Counted from the stretch's first letter, positions 6,769 to 15,735 are shown. The stretch: 64,000 nt of DNA from Candidatus Aeolococcus gillhamiae (GCA_003244045.1 QHBU01000153.1:67-64066); one strand, 5' to 3'. Notes: generated by a model from the sequence alone, not told the origin. Numbers and translations are program-made.

Positions 6769-9700
6769 ATGACCACTCGGTATGACGTCAGCAAGGTCCC
6801 CCTCCAGGGCGGTTACGTCGCCAAGCAGTGCCCCGTGCGGGCTCAGAACGACGCGATCGTGCCGGGCGTGCGCCTGGCGCCGGACACATTCCAGCAACGG
6901 CTGATCGATCAGGGCGTTGCGTTCGAAACGGATGTGGTGGCGGAGCTCGTGGCCGCCCAACCGGCCGCCGTAATCATCGAAGGTGGCGGGGAGATTGCAG
7001 AGGTGGCGACCCTTGAGGCAATGCGCGCCGGGGCACCACTTATCGTGAATGCTCGGATGTCCGATCCGGCAGGGCGGAGGGTGGGCAAGCCCGATCTGCT
7101 AGTACAGGCCTCCGCCGGCTACGACGCAGTAGACATTAAGTGGCATCACGCGTTAGAGGTGGCGAAGCCTTCGGGTAAGGATCCTTCTGCGCTGGTCTCA
7201 GCTCTCTCAGCACCGACCCTCATGTTAGCCACGAATGACCCCGCTTTCGTTCCACGGAAACACGAGGGAGATCTGCTCCAGCTAGCCCACTACCGGCGGA
7301 TGCTGGAGACCGTCGGTATGGCGGCGCCCGGGGATCGCGTCGCTGGGATTATTGGTACGGAGCGGCGCGTCGTGTGGCACGACCTGGATGCAGCCATCTG
7401 GCGCACGCCGTCGCTTTCGGAGAAGCACAAACGCCGCAGCACCATGGAGCGATACGACTTCGAGTTCGACTTCCGGCTCGACATCATATCGGTGGCGCAT
7501 CAGCACCAGAACGACCCGTCGGTGGATCTACTAGTGGTGCCTGTGCGCTGCGGCGAGTGTCCGACTTGTCCATGGAATGACTACTGCCGACCAATACTCG
7601 AAACTCCGCCCGGAGATGTGAGTCTGCTCCCACGATTGGGCTGGACGCAGTGGAAGGCGCATCGCGAACGTGGCGTAACCAACCGTGCGGAATTGGCCGC
7701 GCTCGACATGCGAACCGCACAAATCGTCGCCGCCAAACTGGATGTAGCGGGACTAATAGCGACAGTTGCCGGCGTGAATCCTGCTACTCCGATTCTGGAG
7801 CTCGGTGCGAGCTGGTCTAAAGGTAAGCGGTTCGAACAGCTGCAACAACTTGGAATAGCAACAGTGGGCGACGCCCTCTCGTTGGATGCGTCAACTGCCC
7901 GATATTCAGACGCGCCTATTCCCTCGCTACCTGACCAGATCGACATGGCACGTGCCGCACTGGGACCCGAATCTGTGTACCGGCGACGTGGAACGGATGA
8001 GGTGATTGTGCCTCGCGCTGATATCGAGATCGATGTTGACATGGAAAGCACAGAGCTGGGTGTCTACATGTGGGGAACGTGGCTCTCATCGGGAACAAAC
8101 GTCGGGGACGCCTTGTTGCACGCGCTGCGTACGCGAGGAGCATCGATGGAACTAGTGGAAGGCTATCGGTCGTTCGCGACCTTTGATGAACTGACGCCAG
8201 AATCAGAGGCCAAGAATTCGCTGACGTTCTGGCAGTGGCTCCAGCGGATTCGTGAGTATTGCCACCAACAGGGCCTAACGGTCCGTGCGTTCTGCTGGAA
8301 TGAGTCCGCGGAGAACCAGTACCTGCGCAACATCGGTCTGGCCTGGGACGTTGCCGATGACGTTGAGGCCTTCATCACGTCTGGTGAGTGGGTCGACTTG
8401 CTCAGGGTCTGGGATGCGCAGCTGGTGACAGGCGGAGCGAGCGGTCTGAAGGTCGTGGCGCCGCTAATCGGCTTCCACTGGGACGTAGATGAGGCAGGTG
8501 GTGGGGAGTCCATGGTCGTGCATGACCGGGCCGTGAACGGGCCCGATGCAGCGAGTGCCCAGGAGTGGTTGCTGGCCTACAACCGTAGTGATGTGATGGC
8601 AACCCGAGGGGTCCGCGAGTGGATGACCAATACAGTCGTGCCCGCGGCCGAGGAGCTAGATCACGCCGCGGGAATTAGCTCCGCTCCTGGCGCCGCCACC
8701 GTCGCCCCTACAGTGTCCTCGGCCGTGGCGTCCCCAACTGGACCTGCGATCCAGCTACCCTCCCACCAGGTGGCCTCGCGGACTGCTTTCGGAGGAGCTA
8801 TGACCGCCGCTGAGTTCGCACGTAAGTGGATCGGGAGCACTCGTGGCGAACGCGCTGCATCACATGAGCATTTCATGAACTTGTGCAGCCTCCTTGGGCA
8901 ACCCACACCGAACTCTGACCAGACCGGTGATCGGTATGCCTTCGAAAAGGGTGCCGCGAAGGTCGAGGGAGGAGAGGGGTGGGCGGATGTTTGGAAGAAG
9001 GGTCATTTCGCATGGGAGTACAAAGGCAAGCACAAGGACTTGGAAGCCGCCTACCGGCAACTCCTCCTCTACCGTGAGGCGTTGGAGAATCCACCCCTCC
9101 TTGTCGTCTGCGACCTGGACAAGTTCGAGATCCACACCAACTTCACGAACACGGCTAAGGAGGTCCACAAGTTTTCACTCCAAGACTTCCTGGACGGGCC
9201 GGCGCGGCCCATGCGGCTCCTCAAGGCAGTTATGGAGGCACCGGACTCCCTCAAGCCGTCTGCGACTCGGGAAGAACTGACAGAAAAGGCAGCGGGACAT
9301 TTCGCAGAACTCGCGGTCGGCCTTCGCGGCAGAGGTTACGACGCCCAGCGTGTTGCTCACTTTCTCAACAAGCTGGTGTTCTGCATGTTTGCCGAGGACT
9401 CTGGTCTCCTTCCCGCCGGCCTGATCGCTCGGGTCACGAAGATCGGCGATTCGCTCTTCGCCGACCCGGCGGAAGTACGTGCCGCGATGGCCGAACTATT
9501 TTCCCGTATGTCCAGTCAGGGAGGCCGTTTCGGAGCGGAGCGTATTCAGTGGTTCAACGGCGGTCTTTTCGACGGCGACGATGCCCTTGAGCTGACATCC
9601 GGTGAGCTCGACGTCGTCTCGACGGTCGCTGCTCTGGACTGGTCGCAAATTGAGCCAGCAGTCCTTGGGACTCTCTTCGAACGCGGGCTTGACCCGGACA

Positions 9701-11583
9701 AGCGCAGCCAGATGGGCGCGCACTACACGGATCGCATCAGTATTGAGCGAGTCATTGCCCCGATGGTAATCGAACCACTAGAGAGAGAGTTTGCTCTTGC
9801 TCAGCGGGCGGCTCGGGAAGCACTCGGCGATATCTCTATCACGGGATCCCTCAGTGGTTCCGCGCTCGGCACCCGCACGAGAGCCATCCAGCGTGCTGAA
9901 TCGATCGTGACCAAATTCCTGAAACGGCTCGACGGCGTGCGTGTGCTTGACCCGGCATGTGGCTCGGGCAATTTTCTGTACGTCGCCCTCCAAGCGCTGA
10001 AGGATCTTGAGAGTCGGGTCATCCTTTGGGAGTCGATGGAGCTGGGGACCCCCATACGGTTCCCTGTCCTCGGCCCGCACAATCTTCTCGGAATAGAACT
10101 CAACCCGTATGCCGCCGAACTCGCAAGGGTCGCCATCTGGATCGGCGAAATCCAATGGATGCTGGGCAACGGTTTTGCCTATCTACGAAACCCGGTACTG
10201 CGCCCCCTCGACAACATTGAGTGTAGGGACGCCGTAGTCGCGTTCGATGGTGATGGCGCGCCCGGTGAACCCCGGTGGCCGCGGACGGATTTCATCATCG
10301 GTAACCCACCATTTCTCGGCATCCGCAAGATGCGTTCAGCGCTGGGTGATGCATATGTCGACGCCCTTTTCGAGGTCTACGCGGGCCGGGTCCCGCATTC
10401 CGCAGATCTGGTGTGCTACTGGCACGAGAAGGCTGGCGCGATGATTGCCGCAGGAGAATGCACGTACGCCGGATTGCTGGCTACCCAATCAATTCGCGCT
10501 GGCGCGAACCGGGTCGTCCTCGAGCGGATCAAGACCACGGGTGACATCTTCATGGCATGGGCCGACGAACCTTGGATCGTCGAGGGTGCCGCAGTGCGCG
10601 TGTCGATCATCGCCTACGACGACGGCAGAGAAGGTCAACGAACCCTCGATGGCAAGGCCGTCACAACAATCAACTCCGACCTAACGGCTGAGATTGATCT
10701 ATCACGAAGCCAGGCGCTTCCAGAGAATGGAATGATTGCCTTCCAAGGGCCCGTGAAGGTGGGCCCCTTCGAGATTCCGCACGTATTGGCACGGCAGCTT
10801 CTCGATTCGCCTAACCCGGATGGACGCAGCAACGTGGACGTTATCCGCCCCTGGATGAACGCTAAAGACATAACGGGTCGGCCCCGGGACATGTTTATCA
10901 TCGACTTCGGCGAACTATCCGAGGAGCACGCGTGCTTGTATGAGGCGCCGTTTGAGTACGTGCGTGAGCATGTGCGACCAGTGCGCGTGACTAATCGCCG
11001 CGCGCGAAGAGCTGAGCGGTGGTGGCAGCATGGTGAGACGGTTCCTGGATTGCGTGCAGCGATGGTCGGGCTCCAGCGATTCTTCGTCACTCCGCGCGTG
11101 ACGAAGCACCGCATATTTGCCTGGGTCGACGCGCGAACCCTTCCCGATACACGACTCATAGCATTCGCTCGACAGGACGACTACTTCTTTGGTGTTCTTC
11201 ACTCGCGTGTCCACCAGGTGTGGTCGTTGCGTACCGGTAGCCAGCACGGCGTGGGTGCAACCTTCACGTATACGCCCACTACGACATTCGAGACATTTCC
11301 ACTTCCTCACGGTACAAATGAGCAGACCCGAGCGATCGCCGAAGCCGCCCAGAGAGTGAACGCGCTCCGGGAAGGGTGGCTCAACCCGGCGAGTATGTCG
11401 GAGTCGGAATTGAGGATGCGCACGCTCACGAACCTCTACAACGCGATGCCGACCTGGCTCATGCAAGCACACGAACGCCTCGACCGGACAGTGCACGATG
11501 CATATGGGTGGTCGTATCCGCTGGATGATGGCGAGATTCTGGCTCGCCTCTGGTCACTGAACGTTGAGCGCTCGTCGGCATAA
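6769..11583 (+). CDS. 1604-aa fusion: TM0106/RecB-Cas4-like PD-(D/E)XK nuclease + DEDDy RNase-H-fold exonuclease + MmeI-family type IIL (IIG) restriction endonuclease/N6-adenine methyltransferase
   Basis: Track ORF 6622..11583 trimmed to ATG 6769 (MTTRYDVSKVPLQGGYVAKQCPVR). Nuclease 1: GKPDLLV...YDAVDIKWH plus Cys cluster CGECPTCPWNDYC. Exonuclease: IEIDVDMES, CWNESAENQYL, YNRSDV. MmeI-like part: ADVWKKGHFAWEYK (D-x9-E-x-K), LVFCMFAED, FNGGLFD, LDWSQIEPAVLGTLFE, MGAHYT, VLDPACGSGNFL, IIGNPPFLG. Confidence 0.85.
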   Translation: MTTRYDVSKVPLQGGYVAKQCPVRAQNDAIVPGVRLAPDTFQQRLIDQGVAFETDVVAELVAAQPAAVIIEGGGEIAEVATLEAMRAGAPLIVNARMSDPAGRRVGKPDLLVQASAGYDAVDIKWHHALEVAKPSGKDPSALVSALSAPTLMLATNDPAFVPRKHEGDLLQLAHYRRMLETVGMAAPGDRVAGIIGTERRVVWHDLDAAIWRTPSLSEKHKRRSTMERYDFEFDFRLDIISVAHQHQNDPSVDLLVVPVRCGECPTCPWNDYCRPILETPPGDVSLLPRLGWTQWKAHRERGVTNRAELAALDMRTAQIVAAKLDVAGLIATVAGVNPATPILELGASWSKGKRFEQLQQLGIATVGDALSLDASTARYSDAPIPSLPDQIDMARAALGPESVYRRRGTDEVIVPRADIEIDVDMESTELGVYMWGTWLSSGTNVGDALLHALRTRGASMELVEGYRSFATFDELTPESEAKNSLTFWQWLQRIREYCHQQGLTVRAFCWNESAENQYLRNIGLAWDVADDVEAFITSGEWVDLLRVWDAQLVTGGASGLKVVAPLIGFHWDVDEAGGGESMVVHDRAVNGPDAASAQEWLLAYNRSDVMATRGVREWMTNTVVPAAEELDHAAGISSAPGAATVAPTVSSAVASPTGPAIQLPSHQVASRTAFGGAMTAAEFARKWIGSTRGERAASHEHFMNLCSLLGQPTPNSDQTGDRYAFEKGAAKVEGGEGWADVWKKGHFAWEYKGKHKDLEAAYRQLLLYREALENPPLLVVCDLDKFEIHTNFTNTAKEVHKFSLQDFLDGPARPMRLLKAVMEAPDSLKPSATREELTEKAAGHFAELAVGLRGRGYDAQRVAHFLNKLVFCMFAEDSGLLPAGLIARVTKIGDSLFADPAEVRAAMAELFSRMSSQGGRFGAERIQWFNGGLFDGDDALELTSGELDVVSTVAALDWSQIEPAVLGTLFERGLDPDKRSQMGAHYTDRISIERVIAPMVIEPLEREFALAQRAAREALGDISITGSLSGSALGTRTRAIQRAESIVTKFLKRLDGVRVLDPACGSGNFLYVALQALKDLESRVILWESMELGTPIRFPVLGPHNLLGIELNPYAAELARVAIWIGEIQWMLGNGFAYLRNPVLRPLDNIECRDAVVAFDGDGAPGEPRWPRTDFIIGNPPFLGIRKMRSALGDAYVDALFEVYAGRVPHSADLVCYWHEKAGAMIAAGECTYAGLLATQSIRAGANRVVLERIKTTGDIFMAWADEPWIVEGAAVRVSIIAYDDGREGQRTLDGKAVTTINSDLTAEIDLSRSQALPENGMIAFQGPVKVGPFEIPHVLARQLLDSPNPDGRSNVDVIRPWMNAKDITGRPRDMFIIDFGELSEEHACLYEAPFEYVREHVRPVRVTNRRARRAERWWQHGETVPGLRAAMVGLQRFFVTPRVTKHRIFAWVDARTLPDTRLIAFARQDDYFFGVLHSRVHQVWSLRTGSQHGVGATFTYTPTTTFETFPLPHGTNEQTRAIAEAAQRVNALREGWLNPASMSESELRMRTLTNLYNAMPTWLMQAHERLDRTVHDAYGWSYPLDDGEILARLWSLNVERSSA

Positions 11584-12809
11584 CAATCAGGGCTTGGCGA
11601 GAAGCCTCCGCAGCATACTGGTCGCCGCGAGGCGTCATCGGACGGAGGTCATCCAGGGCTTCAGTCGCTTCGGAGTGGGCCGCCGATCATCGCCGTTCTT
11701 AGCCTCTCGTACGTGCCGTCTCAATTCGGCCAATCCAGCCGAAGCCCCTTGGTTGGTCCCCGGCACGCAGGTCGTTCTGAAGTTCTTCCAGGGCGACCCG
11801 CCGATACTACCCAGCCGGCAGGGCCGGTTTGAATCCGAGCTGTCGAGGCGCTTCGCTCTGTCGGGGCTCGCCAACGACGTTGATGATTCCGTGCCACTGG
11901 CCGCGCGGAAAGAAAGCGATTCCGTCGTACTCAACGCGACCGACGCCATCGGGCTCGCTGACGGCCTTTTAAAGAACGAGATTGCCGTCGTTGCGCGAGT
12001 CGACATTGACCTCTTGCTCGATCACGTGGGGTCCGGCGAGGACGCGCAACCTGAACGTCGTGACGGCGCCAGTCGCAAATACAGGTCCTTCCACTAGGGC
12101 GCACTAGGAGATACGGCATCCGTCGTGGTCGCCGGGCGAGCGCCGACGTCCCCGCGCTGGTTCGCCGTGGTCCGCAACTTTCCCACCGATCTCAGGATCG
12201 AGGGACGCGCCGTTGCGCGGCATTTGCTGATTCAGCTGCTGCAACAGGTCGAGGCCAGACTGGTAGTCGGCAGCCCGTCGGCGCAGTCCGGTGGCGGCGG
12301 CTGCAACGTCACGGGTCACGCGGAACTCTCGAGGCAATCGATGCACCTGTCCAGCGACGCCAGGTCACCGACGTCGGCGTTCATAGCCCTGCACCTGTCG
12401 CCTAAGAGGCGAGCCTCAGTCAGCACCTCGTACAGAATTGGCGAAACTGCTCGTCTGCACGCCAGGCGTACTCACGTCGCGCCCCAGCGGCATCGCGTCG
12501 TGTTTGCTGCTCGTGCTGCTGCTTGTTCGTCCAGATGGAGGCGCCGAACCCGATCAGCGCACCCACTGCCACCGAAACGATGGTCGACCACCGCTCCACC
12601 CGCCGGCCTACCCGCAACCCCAGCCAACGCAGGCTCCGCCGCCGCGCAGAAAGCCGCAGAAGGAGAGCACATAGATCGAGACGCGCACCGCCGCGCCGAT
12701 AGCAGTAGCAACCTTCGCCCAGCGGCGAGGACGCTTACCTGCGTGGTAAACGCCGATCGGAAGAGTCGAGACGGTCACAGCAACGGTCGGTCCAGCTCAC
12801 CGCTAGCGA

Positions 12810-13253
12810 TCATGTCTGCGGAGGAAGTGCCGCAGTCGCCGGCGGCGGCTGTCCCTCAACGAACCGAAAGGGGACGCTCTTCAGATGCTGGCCATCGACG
12901 CTGACTTCAAAGCTGTAACGCCCCGCGGCGGGAATCGGCAAACCATGTAGCCCAACGGACAATTGGGCCGGGACTTCCCAGTTGGGAGGATGGCCCTCAG
13001 GCACGGTTCCAGGCCCAAGGTCGACCTGTAAGGGCGGCGCGAAATCGGCGCCATCCTCATCCCAAAAGCGGACCTCAAGCCTGTGCTGAGCAGCGACTTC
13101 GGTCCGGTGGACCATGACCCGGAGGGTTAGCGCACCGATGAACGTGGTGGGGAAGGATGGCCGCCAACTGGTGTCCCATCCGCCGCCCAGCACGTAGCTC
13201 AACCCCGCCTGAATCTCGCTCGAATTTGAGAGGATCGCCCAGTCGAGTCTCAT
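12810..13253 (-). CDS. hypothetical protein translationally coupled to mazF (147 aa)
   Basis: Track ORF 12810..13361 trimmed to ATG 13253 (MRLDWAILSNSSEIQAGLSYVLGGGWD...). The ATG overlaps the mazF TGA in an ATGA at 13250-13253. Looks beta-rich. No family confidently recognised. Confidence 0.6.
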   Translation of the reverse strand: MRLDWAILSNSSEIQAGLSYVLGGGWDTSWRPSFPTTFIGALTLRVMVHRTEVAAQHRLEVRFWDEDGADFAPPLQVDLGPGTVPEGHPPNWEVPAQLSVGLHGLPIPAAGRYSFEVSVDGQHLKSVPFRFVEGQPPPATAALPPQT

Positions 13254-13606
13254 TCGGCTTCCGGCGACGGGAGATCCAGGAATTGGGCCAAAGCCTCTTC
13301 GATCTCCCTCCTCAGGACGGGGTCCTCCACGCGCCCGCGCCTCCGGACGATCCGATCGCAATCGATGGTTCGAATCTGTTGGATGAGGATGACACCGCGG
13401 TGAACTATGCCCGGGAGATCAGGAAGCGCGACCTCGGATGGGTATTTCGGCGGCTCCCGTGAGGTTATTGCGACCACCGTCGCCATTCCCGCCCGCCGAT
13501 TGAAACCATCATTGGAAACCACGATGGCCGGTCGCGTTTTGCCCTGCTCATGCCCACGCGGGACGCCGTAGTCCACATCCACGACGTCCCAGCGACGACC
13601 GTCCAA
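13250..13606 (-). CDS. mazF: MazF/PemK-family type II toxin (endoribonuclease)
   Basis: WDVVDVDYGVPRGHEQGKTRPAIVVSND...VVAITS...EVALP...GVILIQQIRTIDCDRI matches the PemK/MazF signature. TTG start. Confidence 0.8.
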   Translation of the reverse strand: MDGRRWDVVDVDYGVPRGHEQGKTRPAIVVSNDGFNRRAGMATVVAITSREPPKYPSEVALPDLPGIVHRGVILIQQIRTIDCDRIVRRRGRVEDPVLRREIEEALAQFLDLPSPEAE

Positions 13607-13611
13607 GGAGC

Positions 13612-13806
13612 CTATTCGTCCTGAAGGACAGCCTCGGCGTCAGCGGCCTCGGCCAGTTGCAGGAGCTCGGCCTGCTCCGCACGCCACGCCCGATCGGTCT
13701 CGACGGCCGCCCAAGGGTCCACGCCGTCAGCCCGATTTTCGCCTGTTTGGACGCGTTCCGGCGCGCCGGTCGCCGAAAAGCTGAAGTGAATAGTTCCTGT
13801 CGTCAT
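13612..13806 (-). CDS. putative cognate antitoxin (64 aa)
   Basis: Small acidic ORF ending 5 nt upstream of mazF. Assigned by position only. Confidence 0.55.
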   Translation of the reverse strand: MTTGTIHFSFSATGAPERVQTGENRADGVDPWAAVETDRAWRAEQAELLQLAEAADAEAVLQDE

Positions 13807-14082
13807 TTGTTGCGTGTTCCTCCGGCTCTTCCAAGATTAGTGCTGGAGTGCCTGCCGCCGACTCCCCCGTGACAAGTCTGATGCAATTGCCACCCTCCCG
13901 AGTTCCTTGGCGGGAACTGTACGCCCCGCATCGCATCACTAGCCGTGGTTCCAGTCGGCGCCTGGGCGGGGGGCGCAGCACTCACCTCCCGAGCAAAGAA
14001 CTGTGTCTTCAAGGCAGGCGGGAATATCACCTTCCCGACCAAATGGCATCAGCCCTATTCGATTGTCGGCTTCGCCGACCGA

Positions 14083-14111
14083 TTGACGACAGCTGTTGAC
14101 GACAGTAGACT
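14083..14111 (+). promoter_or_regulatory. near-consensus sigma-70-type promoter upstream of int, overlapped by a tandem TTGACGACAG repeat
   Basis: TTGACG (14083-14088), a 17-nt spacer, then TAGACT (14106-14111), about 95 nt upstream of the int ATG. TTGACGACAG occurs at 14083-14092 and 14096-14105 and is the reverse complement of the arm 9-mer. Confidence 0.4.
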
Positions 14112-14205
14112 GCTCATGAGACGGCATGAGCCACCCAGGGAGGCCGGCGTTGCGGGCACCAGTCCAGCCCGTGATCGGACACCCTGACCAAGAGGGCACT
14201 CGACA

Positions 14206-15402
14206 ATGGCCAGGCGTACTGCCAGCCCTGGACGCCGCACCCGCGCCAATGGCGAGGGCACCGTCAGTCGGCGGCAGGACGGCCGCTGGGAGGCCCGCGT
14301 CTTCGTCCGCCAGGATGGCCGCTGGGTCCGACGCGCTCTCTACGCGAAGACCAAAGCCGAGGCCAGCCGCAAGCTGCGCGAGGCGATCACGGCCCGCGAC
14401 AAGGGGCTCCCGATGCCCAAGGGCTCAACGACCGTTGCCGCCTTTCTGGAGGAGGAGTGGTGGCCCGGGGTCGCGCCGTCGCTCCGGCCGGGGTCGCAGC
14501 GTCGCTATCACCAGGTGGTCACCGACTACCTCGTACCCGCTTTGGGTAGGCGTCGCTTGGTCGACCTCCAGCCCGAGCACCTTCAAACCCTCTACGGACG
14601 GCTGCTAGCCGAGGGCAAATCGCCTGCCACGGTTCGCCTCGCTCACGCCGTCCTCCACCGGGCGCTGAGCCGCGCGCTGTCCTGGGGCAAGGTTGTCCGC
14701 AACGTGGCTGACGCTTCCATGGTCGATTTGCCCCGGAGTCCGCGCCGCGAAGCGGCCCACTTCGACGCCCAGGCAGCTCGGCTCGTCGTCGGTGCTGCTC
14801 AAGGGGACCGACTGGAGGCGCTGTGGGCGCTCGCCCTCACCGCTGGCCTGCGCCGTGGCGAGCTGCTCGCCCTCCGATGGGATGCCGTCGATCTTGACCG
14901 CGGGGTCGTCGAAGTCCGCTACACGCTCCAGCCCGACGGAAGCCTCGCCGAGCCGAAATCCGCGAGCTCGCGCCGGGCTGTCCCAATAGCCGATGCCGTC
15001 ATTTCCGTCCTCCGCTCTCACATGAGCAGCCAAGCCGCCGAGCGGCTTGAGGCGGGGAACCAATGGCAGGAACCTCGCCTCTCTGTAGCCGGTAGCAAGG
15101 TGACCCTCGACGGCGGACTCGTCTTCACTACCCCTCTAGGCCGGCCGCTTCCGATCACCTCGATGGTGAAAGCGTGGGTCGCCGTGCTCGGGCGGGCCGG
15201 GGTGCCCATCATCCCCTTCCACGGCACCCGCCATACCGCCGCATCCCTGCTCGCCGACGCTGGGGTTCACCCCACAGTGGCTCAGGCCCGGCTCGGACAC
15301 GCGACGTCGGCGATGACGCTTGAGCGATACACCCACGTCGGCGAGGCTCAGCGGCGAGGGGCGGCTGACGACGTCGAGCGGTTGCTCGGGCTGAGCAGCT
15401 AG
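14206..15402 (+). CDS. int: tyrosine recombinase / phage-type integrase
   Basis: N-terminal GEGTVSRRQDGRWEARVFV (arm-binding/AP2-like motif). Catalytic LTAGLRRGELLALRW (Arg), HGTRHTAAS (H-x-x-R) and LGHATSAMTLERYTHV (His...Tyr). Confidence 0.9.
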   Translation: MARRTASPGRRTRANGEGTVSRRQDGRWEARVFVRQDGRWVRRALYAKTKAEASRKLREAITARDKGLPMPKGSTTVAAFLEEEWWPGVAPSLRPGSQRRYHQVVTDYLVPALGRRRLVDLQPEHLQTLYGRLLAEGKSPATVRLAHAVLHRALSRALSWGKVVRNVADASMVDLPRSPRREAAHFDAQAARLVVGAAQGDRLEALWALALTAGLRRGELLALRWDAVDLDRGVVEVRYTLQPDGSLAEPKSASSRRAVPIADAVISVLRSHMSSQAAERLEAGNQWQEPRLSVAGSKVTLDGGLVFTTPLGRPLPITSMVKAWVAVLGRAGVPIIPFHGTRHTAASLLADAGVHPTVAQARLGHATSAMTLERYTHVGEAQRRGAADDVERLLGLSS

Positions 15403-15404
15403 CA

Positions 15405-15725
15405 GTGTGCAGCCGGCTAATCGCCATCGCCCTACTCATTGCCGGGATCAGCGGCATGTGGCAAGTGAGCCCTGCCCTCGGGGTGGTCGGCATCTTGGGT
15501 CTCCTCCTAGTCCTCGCGGCTCGCGGTCGTCTCCAGTGGCAGCGCGCCGAGGCTGACGCCCAGCGGATGCGCGCCGGCACCCCAACTCCCTGGGTCAAGA
15601 CCTACCGTCGGGCGAGGGAGTACGCACAGGACCGCCGAGCGGATGACCGCATTCGACGGCCGCGCTCAGGCGAACGTCACTACGGGCTTCGCAGCAACAG
15701 GATCGTAATCACGTGGGATCGGTGA
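15405..15725 (+). CDS. small membrane protein (2 TM)
   Basis: GTG start 3 nt after the int stop. Hydrophobic LIAIALLIAGISGMW and ALGVVGILGLLLVLAA segments. Confidence 0.5.
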   Translation: MCSRLIAIALLIAGISGMWQVSPALGVVGILGLLLVLAARGRLQWQRAEADAQRMRAGTPTPWVKTYRRAREYAQDRRADDRIRRPRSGERHYGLRSNRIVITWDR

Positions 15726-15735
15726 TCCGGTGGCG

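Noticed and set aside
11588-11610. Hairpin AGGGCTT-ggcgag-AAGCCT after the RM gene as a terminator
   Set aside because: It has only 5-6 bp including a G-T pair and no U-tract, which is too weak to call.
11564-12097. 177-aa plus-strand ORF overlapping the end of the RM gene
   Set aside because: The first half is Arg/Ser-rich and implausible. Codon-position GC cannot distinguish it from the interrupted minus-strand frame. It is left uncalled and described under the gene-debris finding.
12125-12904. 259-aa plus-strand ORF
   Set aside because: The composition (R/A/S/P runs) is non-protein-like, and it overlaps the 3' end of the mazF-coupled gene on the other strand.
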